From assembly GCA_965225945.1 (NCBI GenBank), contig CBDDBZ010000039.1, forward strand, positions 1 to 64,000: DNA of 64,000 nt. The letters run 5' to 3'. The DNA comes from Alphaproteobacteria bacterium. GTDB lineage: Bacteria; Pseudomonadota; Alphaproteobacteria; GCA-2731375. The position numbers and the translations under genes are program-made. Below the pieces are notes generated by a model. That model saw only the letters and a program-made list of their open reading frames with translations, made no database searches and had not been told where the DNA came from. Below, one piece after another: positions 1-12,162 of the stretch. Position 1 is the first letter of the stretch. Each line of letters begins with the position of its first letter.

Positions 1-188
1 TGGGTGACGGCGAGCGCGGTCAGGACGACGAAGAACAGACGGTTGCCGCTCTCGCGCCGCGCCGCCGTGGTGTCGGCCCGCGCCACCGCCATCTTGTATT
101 GCTCCAGCAGGTGCTGGGAGTAGTTCGAGCCGTATTCTTCCGGCGTCTTGTGGACGATCGGTTTTAGAGGCGCCGACGCGTCGCTCAT
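1..188 (-). CDS. 5' part of small membrane protein (mirror copy of 11433-11933, cut by the window edge)
   Basis: Reverse complement of 11433-11620. Confidence 0.8.
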   Translation of the reverse strand, partial: MSDASAPLKPIVHKTPEEYGSNYSQHLLEQYKMAVARADTTAARRESGNRLFFVVLTALAVT

Positions 189-383
189 GTTAGCCCCCGT
201 CGTGGCACACGAACCTCGGGCCGGATATGACCGGGCGAATCGAGGTTCACCGCCGTGAGCATAGCCTTATCGCGACGCATGGAAAACAGTTAGAGTCGGT
301 GCCGAACGCCGCGCCGATGCCGAGGGCTTCCGGCGCGGCGCCATGAGTTGGCGAGAGTGGAAGCGAGTAGCGTGCCCAGAATC

Positions 384-1043
384 ATGAAAGATCCGGTCCA
401 GCGTCATCCGACCCGGACGGAGCAGCTGGATATTCTGACGACCGTCATCCAGGATCTGGTGCCGCCCGGCGGACGGGTGCTGGAGCTCGGCATCGGCAAG
501 GGCTACGTCGCCCATCTGTTGGTGGAGAAGCGGAGCGATTTCCGTCTGGTCGGGGTCGACAAATCGGACGACGCCTTGGCGGAGGCGGAGCGGAACCTCG
601 CCGAGCGGGCTTCGGCACTGACGCTGGTGGCCGGCGATCTCGCCGAGTTCGACACGCTGGCGCTGCCGGAGGGTCCTTATGACGCGATCCTGGCCGCCCT
701 GGTGTTTCACGATCTCGACGACGCGGCGAAGCGGCGCGTGATCGCCGGTGCCGCCGGGTTGCTGGCGCCGGCCGGCATCTTCCTGCTCTACGACCGGGTG
801 CGGCTGACGGAGGCGGCGCTGTTCGAGGCGCAGCGGAGCTTGTGGCGACGGATCGAGCGGGTGCACGGCACCGCCATGCGAACCGCCGAGGACTTCGAGA
901 GCTATCTCGCCGACCTCGGCACCGACAACCGGCCGGCGGCGCTCGCCGAATATGGTCCCTGGTTCGCCGAGGCGGGCCTGTCGATGGCCTGCCTGCATCT
1001 CCACGGCAACGTCGCGCTGCTGGCCGGAGCGCGCGCCCGGTGA
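384..1043 (+). CDS. Class I SAM-dependent methyltransferase (copy 1)
   Basis: VLELGIGKG motif I, LVGVD, YDAILAALVFHDL; start taken at ATG 384. Confidence 0.85.
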   Translation: MKDPVQRHPTRTEQLDILTTVIQDLVPPGGRVLELGIGKGYVAHLLVEKRSDFRLVGVDKSDDALAEAERNLAERASALTLVAGDLAEFDTLALPEGPYDAILAALVFHDLDDAAKRRVIAGAAGLLAPAGIFLLYDRVRLTEAALFEAQRSLWRRIERVHGTAMRTAEDFESYLADLGTDNRPAALAEYGPWFAEAGLSMACLHLHGNVALLAGARAR

Positions 1044-2257
1044 CAGCCGCGGTCGGTGCCAAGGGACGCGACGCCGAAACCATCGGCCTCGTCAGCACGG
1101 GCCATTTCCTCAGCCACTACTATCTGTTCGTGCTGCCGCCGCTGTTTCCGATCATGAAGGAAGCCCTTGGCGTCGGCTATACCGAGCTCGGCCTACTGAT
1201 CACCGCCTTCTCCGTTGGCTCCGGCGTGACGCAGATTCCGGTCGGCTTCCTGGTCGACAGGATCGGCGCTCGAGTCATCCTGATCGGCGGCATCGCGTTG
1301 GAGGCGGCCGCCTTTCTCGTGCTCGGCCTCTCCGGCGTGTATTGGGTCATGCTGGTCTGCATGGCGGTGGCGGGCCTGGCCAACAGCGTCTATCACCCGG
1401 CCGACTACGCGATCCTCTCCGATACGGTGGCGGACGATCGCATGGGCCGGGCATTCTCTATCCACACCTTCTCCGGCTTTTCGGGGAACGCGGTGGCTCC
1501 GCTCGTCGCCGTCGCGCTCGCGCAGGCACTCGGCTGGCAGGCCGCGCCGATCGCCGCCGGCGTGCTGGGCTTCGCGGTCGCCCTCGCCATGCTGGCGCGC
1601 GGCGAGGCGCTCCGAGGGGGCGACATCGCGGCGAACCGCGCCGGACATGGCGCGCGCCAGGGCGGCGAGACGGGCGAGGGTCCCGGCGGCATGGCGCTCT
1701 TGCTGTCGCCGCCGATCCTGATGTGCTTTCTATTCTTCACCATGCTGTCGATGTCGTCGGGTGGTCTCAGCACCCTCGGCGTGTCGGCCCTGGTGACGCT
1801 CTACGAGATCGAACTCACGCCCGCCAACGTGGCGCTGACCGGATTCCTCGCCGCCAGTGCTGTCGGCATCCTCGCCGGCGGGGTGATCGCCGACCGTACC
1901 CGCCGGCACGAGCTGGTGGCGAGCGTGGGTTTTGCCTCGACGGCGGTGATCGTCTTCGTTATCGGCTCGTTTGTCCTGCCGACGCTGCTGATGATCGCGC
2001 TGTTCACGCTGGGCGGCCTGCTCTACGGCATGATCATGCCGTCACGCGACATGCTGGTGCGCGCGGTGACGCCGCCGGGCTCCATGGGCAAGGTGTTCGG
2101 TTTCGTCTCGACCGGCCTCAGCCTCGGCTCGGCGGTGACGCCGATCCTGTTCGGCTGGTTGTTGGATCACGGTGATGCGCGCTGGCTCTTCTGGGGCGCC
2201 TCGGGCTTCATGATTCTTGCCCTCGGCACGGTCTTGCTGGCCAAATCCACGCGGTAG
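1040..2257 (+). CDS. MFS transporter, Fsr-like (copy 1)
   Basis: About 12 hydrophobic segments, GFLVDRIGAR motif A, SVYHP; GTG start overlaps the methyltransferase stop (GTGA). Confidence 0.88.
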   Translation: MTAAVGAKGRDAETIGLVSTGHFLSHYYLFVLPPLFPIMKEALGVGYTELGLLITAFSVGSGVTQIPVGFLVDRIGARVILIGGIALEAAAFLVLGLSGVYWVMLVCMAVAGLANSVYHPADYAILSDTVADDRMGRAFSIHTFSGFSGNAVAPLVAVALAQALGWQAAPIAAGVLGFAVALAMLARGEALRGGDIAANRAGHGARQGGETGEGPGGMALLLSPPILMCFLFFTMLSMSSGGLSTLGVSALVTLYEIELTPANVALTGFLAASAVGILAGGVIADRTRRHELVASVGFASTAVIVFVIGSFVLPTLLMIALFTLGGLLYGMIMPSRDMLVRAVTPPGSMGKVFGFVSTGLSLGSAVTPILFGWLLDHGDARWLFWGASGFMILALGTVLLAKSTR

Positions 2258-2315
2258 TCCCCGGTTGAAAAGTCCTTCGCTTCGCCTCGGAGATAGATCG
2301 CCGGGGCGCTCGGTT

Positions 2316-3619
<1,304 letters not shown>

Positions 3620-3623
<4 letters not shown>

Positions 3624-4171
3624 CCCTCGATGGTCTCGATAGTCAGGTTGTCATTGGTGTAGATGCAGATCTCGGCGGCGATCGCCATCGCGCGCCGCGC
3701 GATGCTCTCGGCGTCATGATCCTCCCGGTCGAACAGCGCGCGGGCGGCGGCCAGCGCGAAGGCGCCGCCGGAGCCGATACCGATCAAGCCGTCCTCCGGC
3801 TCCAGCACGTCCCCGGTGCCGGTCAACATCAGGCTGGTCGTGGCGTCGGCCACCGCCATCATCGCCTCGAGGCGGCGGAGGTAACGGTCGGTGCGCCAAT
3901 CCTTGGCGAGCTCGACCGCCGCCCGGGTGAGGTTGCCGGGATGCTGATCGAGTTTGGCCTCCAGGCGCTCGAAGAGAGTGAAGGCGTCCGCCGTGGCGCC
4001 GGCGAAACCGGCGATCACCTTGCCTTCGCCCAAGCGTCGAACCTTGCGGGCGTTGGATTTTATGACCGTCTGCCCGAAGCTCACCTGGCCGTCGCCGGCG
4101 ACCACCACGCGGTCGTCTTTGCGGACGCTCAGGATTGTCGTGCCGTGGAAAAGGGGCGAGGAATCACTCAC
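3620..4171 (-). CDS. hslV: ATP-dependent protease subunit HslV (copy 1)
   Basis: [43 protein letters not shown]; GTG start. Confidence 0.97.
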
Positions 4172-4243
4172 GCGGTCGTCCCATCGTCGGTTGCGCGCAA
4201 CTCGGCGGAAAGGCGCCGGGCCGGGGGGCCGACGCCCCCCACG

Positions 4244-4271
4244 ATGTAGGCGAAAGCGCCGCTGGGTCAAG
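4244..4271 (-). promoter_or_regulatory. Putative RpoH (sigma32) promoter of hslVU (copy 1)
   Basis: Mirror of 7350-7377: CTTG-N17-CCTACAT. Confidence 0.6.
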
Positions 4272-4352
4272 TCGGTGGGTGCGCCTTGCGCCGGTGGAGG
4301 TTTCGCGAAACTGTCGCCCTCGGCGGCGATCGTGCCGTGCCGAGGGGAGTGA

Positions 4353-5042
4353 GTGGAGATGAACGGCTTCGGGATGCGACGTCGACTCGTGGCGGAAGGC
4401 TTGGGCACGGCGCTCCTTCTGGCGACCGTGGTCGGCTCCGGTATCATGGGGGAGCGGCTGGCCGACGGCAACGTGGCGCTGGCGCTGCTCTGCAACGGAA
4501 TCGCCACCGGTGCGATCCTGATGGTGCTGATCCTGATCTTCGGCCCGATCTCGGGCGGCCATTTCAATCCCGCCGTGACCCTCGCCTTCACCGTCCGGCG
4601 CGAACTCTCGGCCGGTGACGCCGTCGCCTACGTGCTCGCCCAAATCGCCGGCGGAATCGTCGGCGTCGTCGTCGCCCATGTGATGTTCGAGGCCCCTGTC
4701 CTCGCCGCGTCCCTCAACGTGCGGACGGGACCGGCGCAATGGGCGAGTGAATTCGTCGCCACCTTCGGCCTGCTGGCGACGATTCTCGGCTGCCTGCGCT
4801 TCCGCCCCGACGCGGTGCCCTATGCCGTCGGCCTCTTCATTACCGCGGGCTACTGGTTCACCGCCTCCACCTCCTTCGCCAATCCGGCGGTAACGGTGGC
4901 GCGTACGCTGACCGACAGCTTTTCCGGCATCCGGCCGATCGACGCGCCCGGCTTCATCGCCGCCCAGCTCGTCGCCGCCCTCGTCGTCGTCCCGCTCTTT
5001 CGCTGGCTTCATGCCGAGGCGGCGGCGGATCAGTCAAAATAG
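4353..5042 (+). CDS. MIP/aquaporin family channel, AqpS-like (arsenite/metalloid-associated type) (copy 1)
   Basis: GHFNPAVT and [11 protein letters not shown] boxes; [10 protein letters not shown] and [12 protein letters not shown] typical of ars-associated aquaporins. Confidence 0.9.
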   Translation: MEMNGFGMRRRLVAEGLGTALLLATVVGSGIMGERLADGNVALALLCNGIATGAILMVLILIFGPISGGHFNPAVTLAFTVRRELSAGDAVAYVLAQIAGGIVGVVVAHVMFEAPVLAASLNVRTGPAQWASEFVATFGLLATILGCLRFRPDAVPYAVGLFITAGYWFTASTSFANPAVTVARTLTDSFSGIRPIDAPGFIAAQLVAALVVVPLFRWLHAEAAADQSK

Positions 5043-5340
5043 ACCACGGCACCCGTGTGGATCGAGGCCCGGCAGGCGGACCTGAGCGCCACCAGGCAAT
5101 GGGCGGCGTCGGCATGGGCGCGCCAGGTCGGCGGATGATCCGCCTCCTCCGCGTCCTCGGGCGTCCAAGCTTGCCTATCCGGTTATCACCCACACCCACT
5201 ATATGTAGTGTGTCTCCTTGGACTGCAGGCAAGGGCCGGCGCAGGCGCATTGAGGAGGCGATCCGGCTAATTCTTGATTGTTCTGAAAACCGAACCGGAG
5301 TTTAATTCACGTCACGTACTTAACATCGGGGGACGGAACG

Positions 5341-5649
5341 GTGGCGACCAAGGGAAAAACGAAGAAACCCACGGCCAGACGGGAAGCTGCTGATGAAACG
5401 ACATCGTCTGAGCGATTGACGGCACTAGTCGAAGAAAGCGACGCGCTGGCACGAATCGTTGCGAAGAACCCGTCCGCGCCTGTTAGTCTCCTGCGCGTTT
5501 TGAGTCGCAGCGAAGACGAAGCGACACGCAAGAACGTGATCCTCAATCCGTTTACTTCATATGACGTATTGAGCGAACTTGAAAACCAGTTCACAGAGCT
5601 ATTTGTGAATAATCCGGCACTCGAATCCTACAATTCAATGAAGCTCTGA
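5341..5649 (+). CDS. Passenger ORF with leucine-rich-repeat-variant (LRV/HEAT-like) repeats, possibly truncated
   Basis: Repeated VAKNPSAP..LL..L / NVILNPFTS..VL..L / NNPAL pattern; GTG start after GGGGA. Confidence 0.6.
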   Translation: MATKGKTKKPTARREAADETTSSERLTALVEESDALARIVAKNPSAPVSLLRVLSRSEDEATRKNVILNPFTSYDVLSELENQFTELFVNNPALESYNSMKL

Positions 5650-5796
5650 TTTCCTGGAATATTCCATCGGTGTCGTTCACCTCCGATTTCAGATAAATTT
5701 CAATGAAGTGACGGTCCTTTATGCAACGTGGCGTTTTGCCAAATCCGACTCAATGATTAGGATTTCCACCACGCTAAAGTGTCGCCTAAAAGGCGC

Positions 5797-5908
5797 TACA
5801 ATGCCGTCCGAGTCCCTGCTCGGCATCGCCGGAGATATCTCCGCTTCGACCTGCACCGAGCTTTACTCAGGAAAATGGGTGCACACTACATATAGTGGGT
5901 GTGGGTGA
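5797..5908 (+). pseudogene. Probable C-terminal remnant of an IS1595-family transposase
   Basis: YNAVR/SLLGIAGDISASTCTELYSGKWVHTTYSGCG* (one frameshift) ends inside the right TIR; resembles my recollection of IS1595 transposase tails, unverified. Confidence 0.5.
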
Positions 5909-6403
5909 TAACCGGATAGGCAAGCGTCCAAGATTGCTCGAGGTCGGCGTATTCGTAGTCGACCGGCAGCTCCAAGCGTTCGGCCAGGCGCCGGCATTCG
6001 TCGAGCAGGCGTTGCGCCGAGCCGACGATGTTGCCCGGCACCTCCAGCTCGTCATCGGCGATGATCACGTTCTTGAAGTCGCGCGGCAGATAGAATCCGG
6101 CGGAATCGCCGTGGAACATGAGATGCTGGTAGACCGGCGGACGGCGCCAGACGAAGGAGCTCACGAAGCCGAAGATGCCCGGCGCGATCGGCGCCCCGCC
6201 CCGGTCGTAATAGAGGTCGACGACCCCGTCCTCGTCCTCGTCCGCTTCGCCCGCCTCCGGCGACGAGGCCGGCAAGCCGGCGCTCAGGGCGTCGTGCGCG
6301 GCGATCTGGCGCAACAGATGGAGGTGGGAATGGTCCGCCAGCTCGAGCTGGATGATCGCCTCCTCCGCCAGTTCCTCCGGCTCGTGATGCGGCGCCTGGC
6401 CGG

Positions 6404-6591
6404 AACGCTTGGAGCTGCCGGTCGACTACGAATACGCCGACCTCGAGCAATCTTGGACGCCCGAGGACGCGGAGGAGGCGGATCATCCGCCGACCTGGCG
6501 CGCCCATGCCGACGCCGCCCATTGCCTGGTGGCGCTCAGGTCCGCCTGCCGGGCCTCGATCCACACGGGTGCCGTGGTCTATTTTGACTGA
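6404..6591 (+). pseudogene. 3' fragment of the hypothetical gene (uninterrupted allele, contains the empty target site)
   Basis: LELPVDYEYADLEQSWTPEDAEEADHPPTW...VYFD*. Confidence 0.75.
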
Positions 6592-7268
6592 TCCGCCGCC
6601 GCCTCGGCATGAAGCCAGCGAAAGAGCGGGACGACGACGAGGGCGGCGACGAGCTGGGCGGCGATGAAGCCGGGCGCGTCGATCGGCCGGATGCCGGAAA
6701 AGCTGTCGGTCAGCGTACGCGCCACCGTTACCGCCGGATTGGCGAAGGAGGTGGAGGCGGTGAACCAGTAGCCCGCGGTAATGAAGAGGCCGACGGCATA
6801 GGGCACCGCGTCGGGGCGGAAGCGCAGGCAGCCGAGAATCGTCGCCAGCAGGCCGAAGGTGGCGACGAATTCACTCGCCCATTGCGCCGGTCCCGTCCGC
6901 ACGTTGAGGGACGCGGCGAGGACAGGGGCCTCGAACATCACATGGGCGACGACGACGCCGACGATTCCGCCGGCGATTTGGGCGAGCACGTAGGCGACGG
7001 CGTCACCGGCCGAGAGTTCGCGCCGGACGGTGAAGGCGAGGGTCACGGCGGGATTGAAATGGCCGCCCGAGATCGGGCCGAAGATCAGGATCAGCACCAT
7101 CAGGATCGCACCGGTGGCGATTCCGTTGCAGAGCAGCGCCAGCGCCACGTTGCCGTCGGCCAGCCGCTCCCCCATGATACCGGAGCCGACCACGGTCGCC
7201 AGAAGGAGCGCCGTGCCCAAGCCTTCCGCCACGAGTCGACGTCGCATCCCGAAGCCGTTCATCTCCAC
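6579..7268 (-). CDS. MIP/aquaporin family channel, AqpS-like (copy 2)
   Basis: Identical translation to 4353-5042. Confidence 0.9.
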   Translation of the reverse strand: MEMNGFGMRRRLVAEGLGTALLLATVVGSGIMGERLADGNVALALLCNGIATGAILMVLILIFGPISGGHFNPAVTLAFTVRRELSAGDAVAYVLAQIAGGIVGVVVAHVMFEAPVLAASLNVRTGPAQWASEFVATFGLLATILGCLRFRPDAVPYAVGLFITAGYWFTASTSFANPAVTVARTLTDSFSGIRPIDAPGFIAAQLVAALVVVPLFRWLHAEAAADQSK

Positions 7269-7349
7269 TCACTCCCCTCGGCACGGCACGATCGCCGCCG
7301 AGGGCGACAGTTTCGCGAAACCTCCACCGGCGCAAGGCGCACCCACCGA

Positions 7350-7377
7350 CTTGACCCAGCGGCGCTTTCGCCTACAT
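7350..7377 (+). promoter_or_regulatory. Putative RpoH (sigma32) promoter of hslVU (copy 2)
   Basis: CTTG-17 nt-CCTACAT about 70 nt upstream of hslV, close to the alphaproteobacterial heat-shock consensus CTTG-N17/18-CYTATNT. Confidence 0.6.
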
Positions 7378-7449
7378 CGTGGGGGGCGTCGGCCCCCCGG
7401 CCCGGCGCCTTTCCGCCGAGTTGCGCGCAACCGACGATGGGACGACCGC

Positions 7450-7997
7450 GTGAGTGATTCCTCGCCCCTTTTCCACGGCACGACAATCCTGAGCGTCCGC
7501 AAAGACGACCGCGTGGTGGTCGCCGGCGACGGCCAGGTGAGCTTCGGGCAGACGGTCATAAAATCCAACGCCCGCAAGGTTCGACGCTTGGGCGAAGGCA
7601 AGGTGATCGCCGGTTTCGCCGGCGCCACGGCGGACGCCTTCACTCTCTTCGAGCGCCTGGAGGCCAAACTCGATCAGCATCCCGGCAACCTCACCCGGGC
7701 GGCGGTCGAGCTCGCCAAGGATTGGCGCACCGACCGTTACCTCCGCCGCCTCGAGGCGATGATGGCGGTGGCCGACGCCACGACCAGCCTGATGTTGACC
7801 GGCACCGGGGACGTGCTGGAGCCGGAGGACGGCTTGATCGGTATCGGCTCCGGCGGCGCCTTCGCGCTGGCCGCCGCCCGCGCGCTGTTCGACCGGGAGG
7901 ATCATGACGCCGAGAGCATCGCGCGGCGCGCGATGGCGATCGCCGCCGAGATCTGCATCTACACCAATGACAACCTGACTATCGAGACCATCGAGGG

Positions 7998-8001
<4 letters not shown>
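7450..8001 (+). CDS. hslV: ATP-dependent protease subunit HslV (copy 2)
   Basis: As copy 1. Confidence 0.97.
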
Positions 8002-9305
<1,304 letters not shown>

Positions 9306-9363
9306 AACCGAGCGCCCCGGCGATCTATCTCCGAGGCGAAGCGAAGGACTTTTCAACCGGGGA

Positions 9364-10581
9364 CTACCGCGTGGATTTGGCCAGCAAGACCGTGCAGAGG
9401 GCAAGAATCATGAAGCCCGAGGCGCCCCAGAAGAGCCAGCGCGCATCACCGTGATCCAACAACCAGCCGAACAGGATCGGCGTCACCGCCGAGCCGAGGC
9501 TGAGGCCGGTCGAGACGAAACCGAACACCTTGCCCATGGAGCCCGGCGGCGTCACCGCGCGCACCAGCATGTCGCGTGACGGCATGATCATGCCGTAGAG
9601 CAGGCCGCCCAGCGTGAACAGCGCGATCATCAGCAGCGTCGGCAGGACAAACGAGCCGATAACGAAGACGATCACCGCCGTCGAGGCAAAACCCACGCTC
9701 GCCACCAGCTCGTGCCGGCGGGTACGGTCGGCGATCACCCCGCCGGCGAGGATGCCGACAGCACTGGCGGCGAGGAATCCGGTCAGCGCCACGTTGGCGG
9801 GCGTGAGTTCGATCTCGTAGAGCGTCACCAGGGCCGACACGCCGAGGGTGCTGAGACCACCCGACGACATCGACAGCATGGTGAAGAATAGAAAGCACAT
9901 CAGGATCGGCGGCGACAGCAAGAGCGCCATGCCGCCGGGACCCTCGCCCGTCTCGCCGCCCTGGCGCGCGCCATGTCCGGCGCGGTTCGCCGCGATGTCG
10001 CCCCCTCGGAGCGCCTCGCCGCGCGCCAGCATGGCGAGGGCGACCGCGAAGCCCAGCACGCCGGCGGCGATCGGCGCGGCCTGCCAGCCGAGTGCCTGCG
10101 CGAGCGCGACGGCGACGAGCGGAGCCACCGCGTTCCCCGAAAAGCCGGAGAAGGTGTGGATAGAGAATGCCCGGCCCATGCGATCGTCCGCCACCGTATC
10201 GGAGAGGATCGCGTAGTCGGCCGGGTGATAGACGCTGTTGGCCAGGCCCGCCACCGCCATGCAGACCAGCATGACCCAATACACGCCGGAGAGGCCGAGC
10301 ACGAGAAAGGCGGCCGCCTCCAACGCGATGCCGCCGATCAGGATGACTCGAGCGCCGATCCTGTCGACCAGGAAGCCGACCGGAATCTGCGTCACGCCGG
10401 AGCCAACGGAGAAGGCGGTGATCAGTAGGCCGAGCTCGGTATAGCCGACGCCAAGGGCTTCCTTCATGATCGGAAACAGCGGCGGCAGCACGAACAGATA
10501 GTAGTGGCTGAGGAAATGGCCCGTGCTGACGAGGCCGATGGTTTCGGCGTCGCGTCCCTTGGCACCGACCGCGGCTGTCAC
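9364..10581 (-). CDS. MFS transporter, Fsr-like (copy 2)
   Basis: As copy 1 with one G/C amino-acid difference near the C-terminus. Confidence 0.88.
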   Translation of the reverse strand: MTAAVGAKGRDAETIGLVSTGHFLSHYYLFVLPPLFPIMKEALGVGYTELGLLITAFSVGSGVTQIPVGFLVDRIGARVILIGGIALEAAAFLVLGLSGVYWVMLVCMAVAGLANSVYHPADYAILSDTVADDRMGRAFSIHTFSGFSGNAVAPLVAVALAQALGWQAAPIAAGVLGFAVALAMLARGEALRGGDIAANRAGHGARQGGETGEGPGGMALLLSPPILMCFLFFTMLSMSSGGLSTLGVSALVTLYEIELTPANVALTGFLAASAVGILAGGVIADRTRRHELVASVGFASTAVIVFVIGSFVLPTLLMIALFTLGGLLYGMIMPSRDMLVRAVTPPGSMGKVFGFVSTGLSLGSAVTPILFGWLLDHGDARWLFWGASGFMILALCTVLLAKSTR

Positions 10582-11237
10582 CGGGCGCGCGCTCCGGCCA
10601 GCAGCGCGACGTTGCCGTGGAGATGCAGGCAGGCCATCGACAGGCCCGCCTCGGCGAACCAGGGACCATATTCGGCGAGCGCCGCCGGCCGGTTGTCGGT
10701 GCCGAGGTCGGCGAGATAGCTCTCGAAGTCCTCGGCGGTTCGCATGGCGGTGCCGTGCACCCGCTCGATCCGTCGCCACAAGCTCCGCTGCGCCTCGAAC
10801 AGCGCCGCCTCCGTCAGCCGCACCCGGTCGTAGAGCAGGAAGATGCCGGCCGGCGCCAGCAACCCGGCGGCACCGGCGATCACGCGCCGCTTCGCCGCGT
10901 CGTCGAGATCGTGAAACACCAGGGCGGCCAGGATCGCGTCATAAGGACCCTCCGGCAGCGCCAGCGTGTCGAACTCGGCGAGATCGCCGGCCACCAGCGT
11001 CAGCGCCGAAGCCCGCTCGGCGAGGTTCCGCTCCGCCTCCACCAAGGCGTCGTCCGATTTGTCGACCCCGACCAGACGGAAATCGCTCCGCTTCTCCACC
11101 AACAGATGGGCGACGTAGCCCTTGCCGATGCCGAGCTCCAGCACCCGTCCGCCGGGCGGCACCAGATCCTGGATGACGGTCGTCAGAATATCCAGCTGCT
11201 CCGTCCGGGTCGGATGACGCTGGACCGGATCTTTCAT
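10578..11237 (-). CDS. Class I SAM-dependent methyltransferase (copy 2)
   Basis: As copy 1 with one A/V difference. Confidence 0.85.
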   Translation of the reverse strand: MKDPVQRHPTRTEQLDILTTVIQDLVPPGGRVLELGIGKGYVAHLLVEKRSDFRLVGVDKSDDALVEAERNLAERASALTLVAGDLAEFDTLALPEGPYDAILAALVFHDLDDAAKRRVIAGAAGLLAPAGIFLLYDRVRLTEAALFEAQRSLWRRIERVHGTAMRTAEDFESYLADLGTDNRPAALAEYGPWFAEAGLSMACLHLHGNVALLAGARAR

Positions 11238-11432
11238 GATTCTGGGCACGCTACTCGCTTCCACTCTCGCCAACTCATGGCGCCGCGCCGGAAGCCCTCG
11301 GCATCGGCGCGGCGTTCGGCACCGACTCTAACTGTTTTCCATGCGTCGCGATAAGGCTATGCTCACGGCGGTGAACCTCGATTCGCCCGGTCATATCCGG
11401 CCCGAGGTTCGTGTGCCACGACGGGGGCTAAC

Positions 11433-11933
11433 ATGAGCGACGCGTCGGCGCCTCTAAAACCGATCGTCCACAAGACGCCGGAAGAATACGGCTCGAACTA
11501 CTCCCAGCACCTGCTGGAGCAATACAAGATGGCGGTGGCGCGGGCCGACACCACGGCGGCGCGGCGCGAGAGCGGCAACCGTCTGTTCTTCGTCGTCCTG
11601 ACCGCGCTCGCCGTCACCCACTCGATCGGCGTCGGCGCGCAGTTGAGCACGCTGGTACCGCTGCTCGGCTCCTACATTTGCGTCGGCTGGTTGGTTTTCG
11701 TCTGGAGCCGCTCGAAGATGAACTTCTCGACCTTCGCCGTGATCCGGGAAATCGAGCAGAAGCTCCCCGCCCGCCTGTTCGAGGGCGAGCGGGAGCGGCG
11801 ATTGGCCGAACAGGGCCAGACGGCGCAGCTCATGGCGGTGAGCTGGTTCGAGCTGATGATGCCGATCCTCTTCGCGCTGCTGTTCATGCTGCTGCTGCTC
11901 TGGAATCTCTTGGCCCCCGACTCTAGGGCATGA
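11433..11933 (+). CDS. Small integral membrane protein, RipA-like octameric membrane protein family
   Basis: LLEQYKM...AD...RR...N..FF, three hydrophobic helices, F.VIREIE..LP...F..E pattern; family name from recollection. Confidence 0.6.
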   Translation: MSDASAPLKPIVHKTPEEYGSNYSQHLLEQYKMAVARADTTAARRESGNRLFFVVLTALAVTHSIGVGAQLSTLVPLLGSYICVGWLVFVWSRSKMNFSTFAVIREIEQKLPARLFEGERERRLAEQGQTAQLMAVSWFELMMPILFALLFMLLLLWNLLAPDSRA

Positions 11934-11956
11934 TCGGCTCACGCTGAAACGCCTGG

Positions 11957-12010
11957 CCACCCGCTCCCCCGCCCCACCATCCCGTGGGGGTTGAGCGGGG
12001 GAGCGGGTGG
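11957..12010. repeat. GC-rich hairpin (16-bp perfect stem), terminator- or REP-like
   Basis: CCACCCGCTCCCCCGC (11957-11972) pairs with GCGGGGGAGCGGGTGG (11995-12010); no U-tract. Confidence 0.6.
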
Positions 12011-12162
12011 TGGCGCCGGCTCGGACGATGCCATGGCACGCCGCGCGAGTCCGTCCTCCCTCGGCCGGCCCTTTGGTTCGCCGCGCCGACTTGCTAAACT
12101 CGCTCCCGCACGAATGCGCGCCGTTCGGCGCGGACCGGCGAGGGAAGCGAGGGAGAGCTCCG

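Larger units (their letters stand above)
5170..5924. mobile_element. Non-autonomous IS1595-family (ISSod11-group-like) insertion cassette, 755 bp
   Basis: Perfect 43-bp terminal inverted repeats (5170-5212 / 5882-5924, CTTGCCTATCCGGTTATCACC...); 8-bp direct repeat CGTCCAAG at 5162-5169 and 5925-5932; empty site at 6452-6459; visibly lower GC; ends fit the nnnGcnTATC signature. Confidence 0.88.
5030..6402 (-). pseudogene. Hypothetical protein, 5'-truncated by the fold-back junction and interrupted by the IS-like cassette
   Basis: Frame GQAPHHEPEELAEE...HLMFHGDSAGFYLPRDF...VGSAQRLLDEC...LEQSWT (6401-5925) joins PEDAEEADHPP...GAVVYFD* (to 5030) once the element and one target copy are removed; no start codon before the junction. 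Confidence 0.8.

Noticed and set aside
5169-5925. Alternative element boundaries (44-bp TIR, 6-bp duplication GTCCAA)
   Set aside because: Formally possible, but the 43-bp/8-bp reading matches IS1595-family target length and end signature better.
5886-6314. 142-aa ORF as a complete gene
   Set aside because: It is an internal piece of the interrupted gene; its LAYPVITHTHYM tail is read-in from the TIR.
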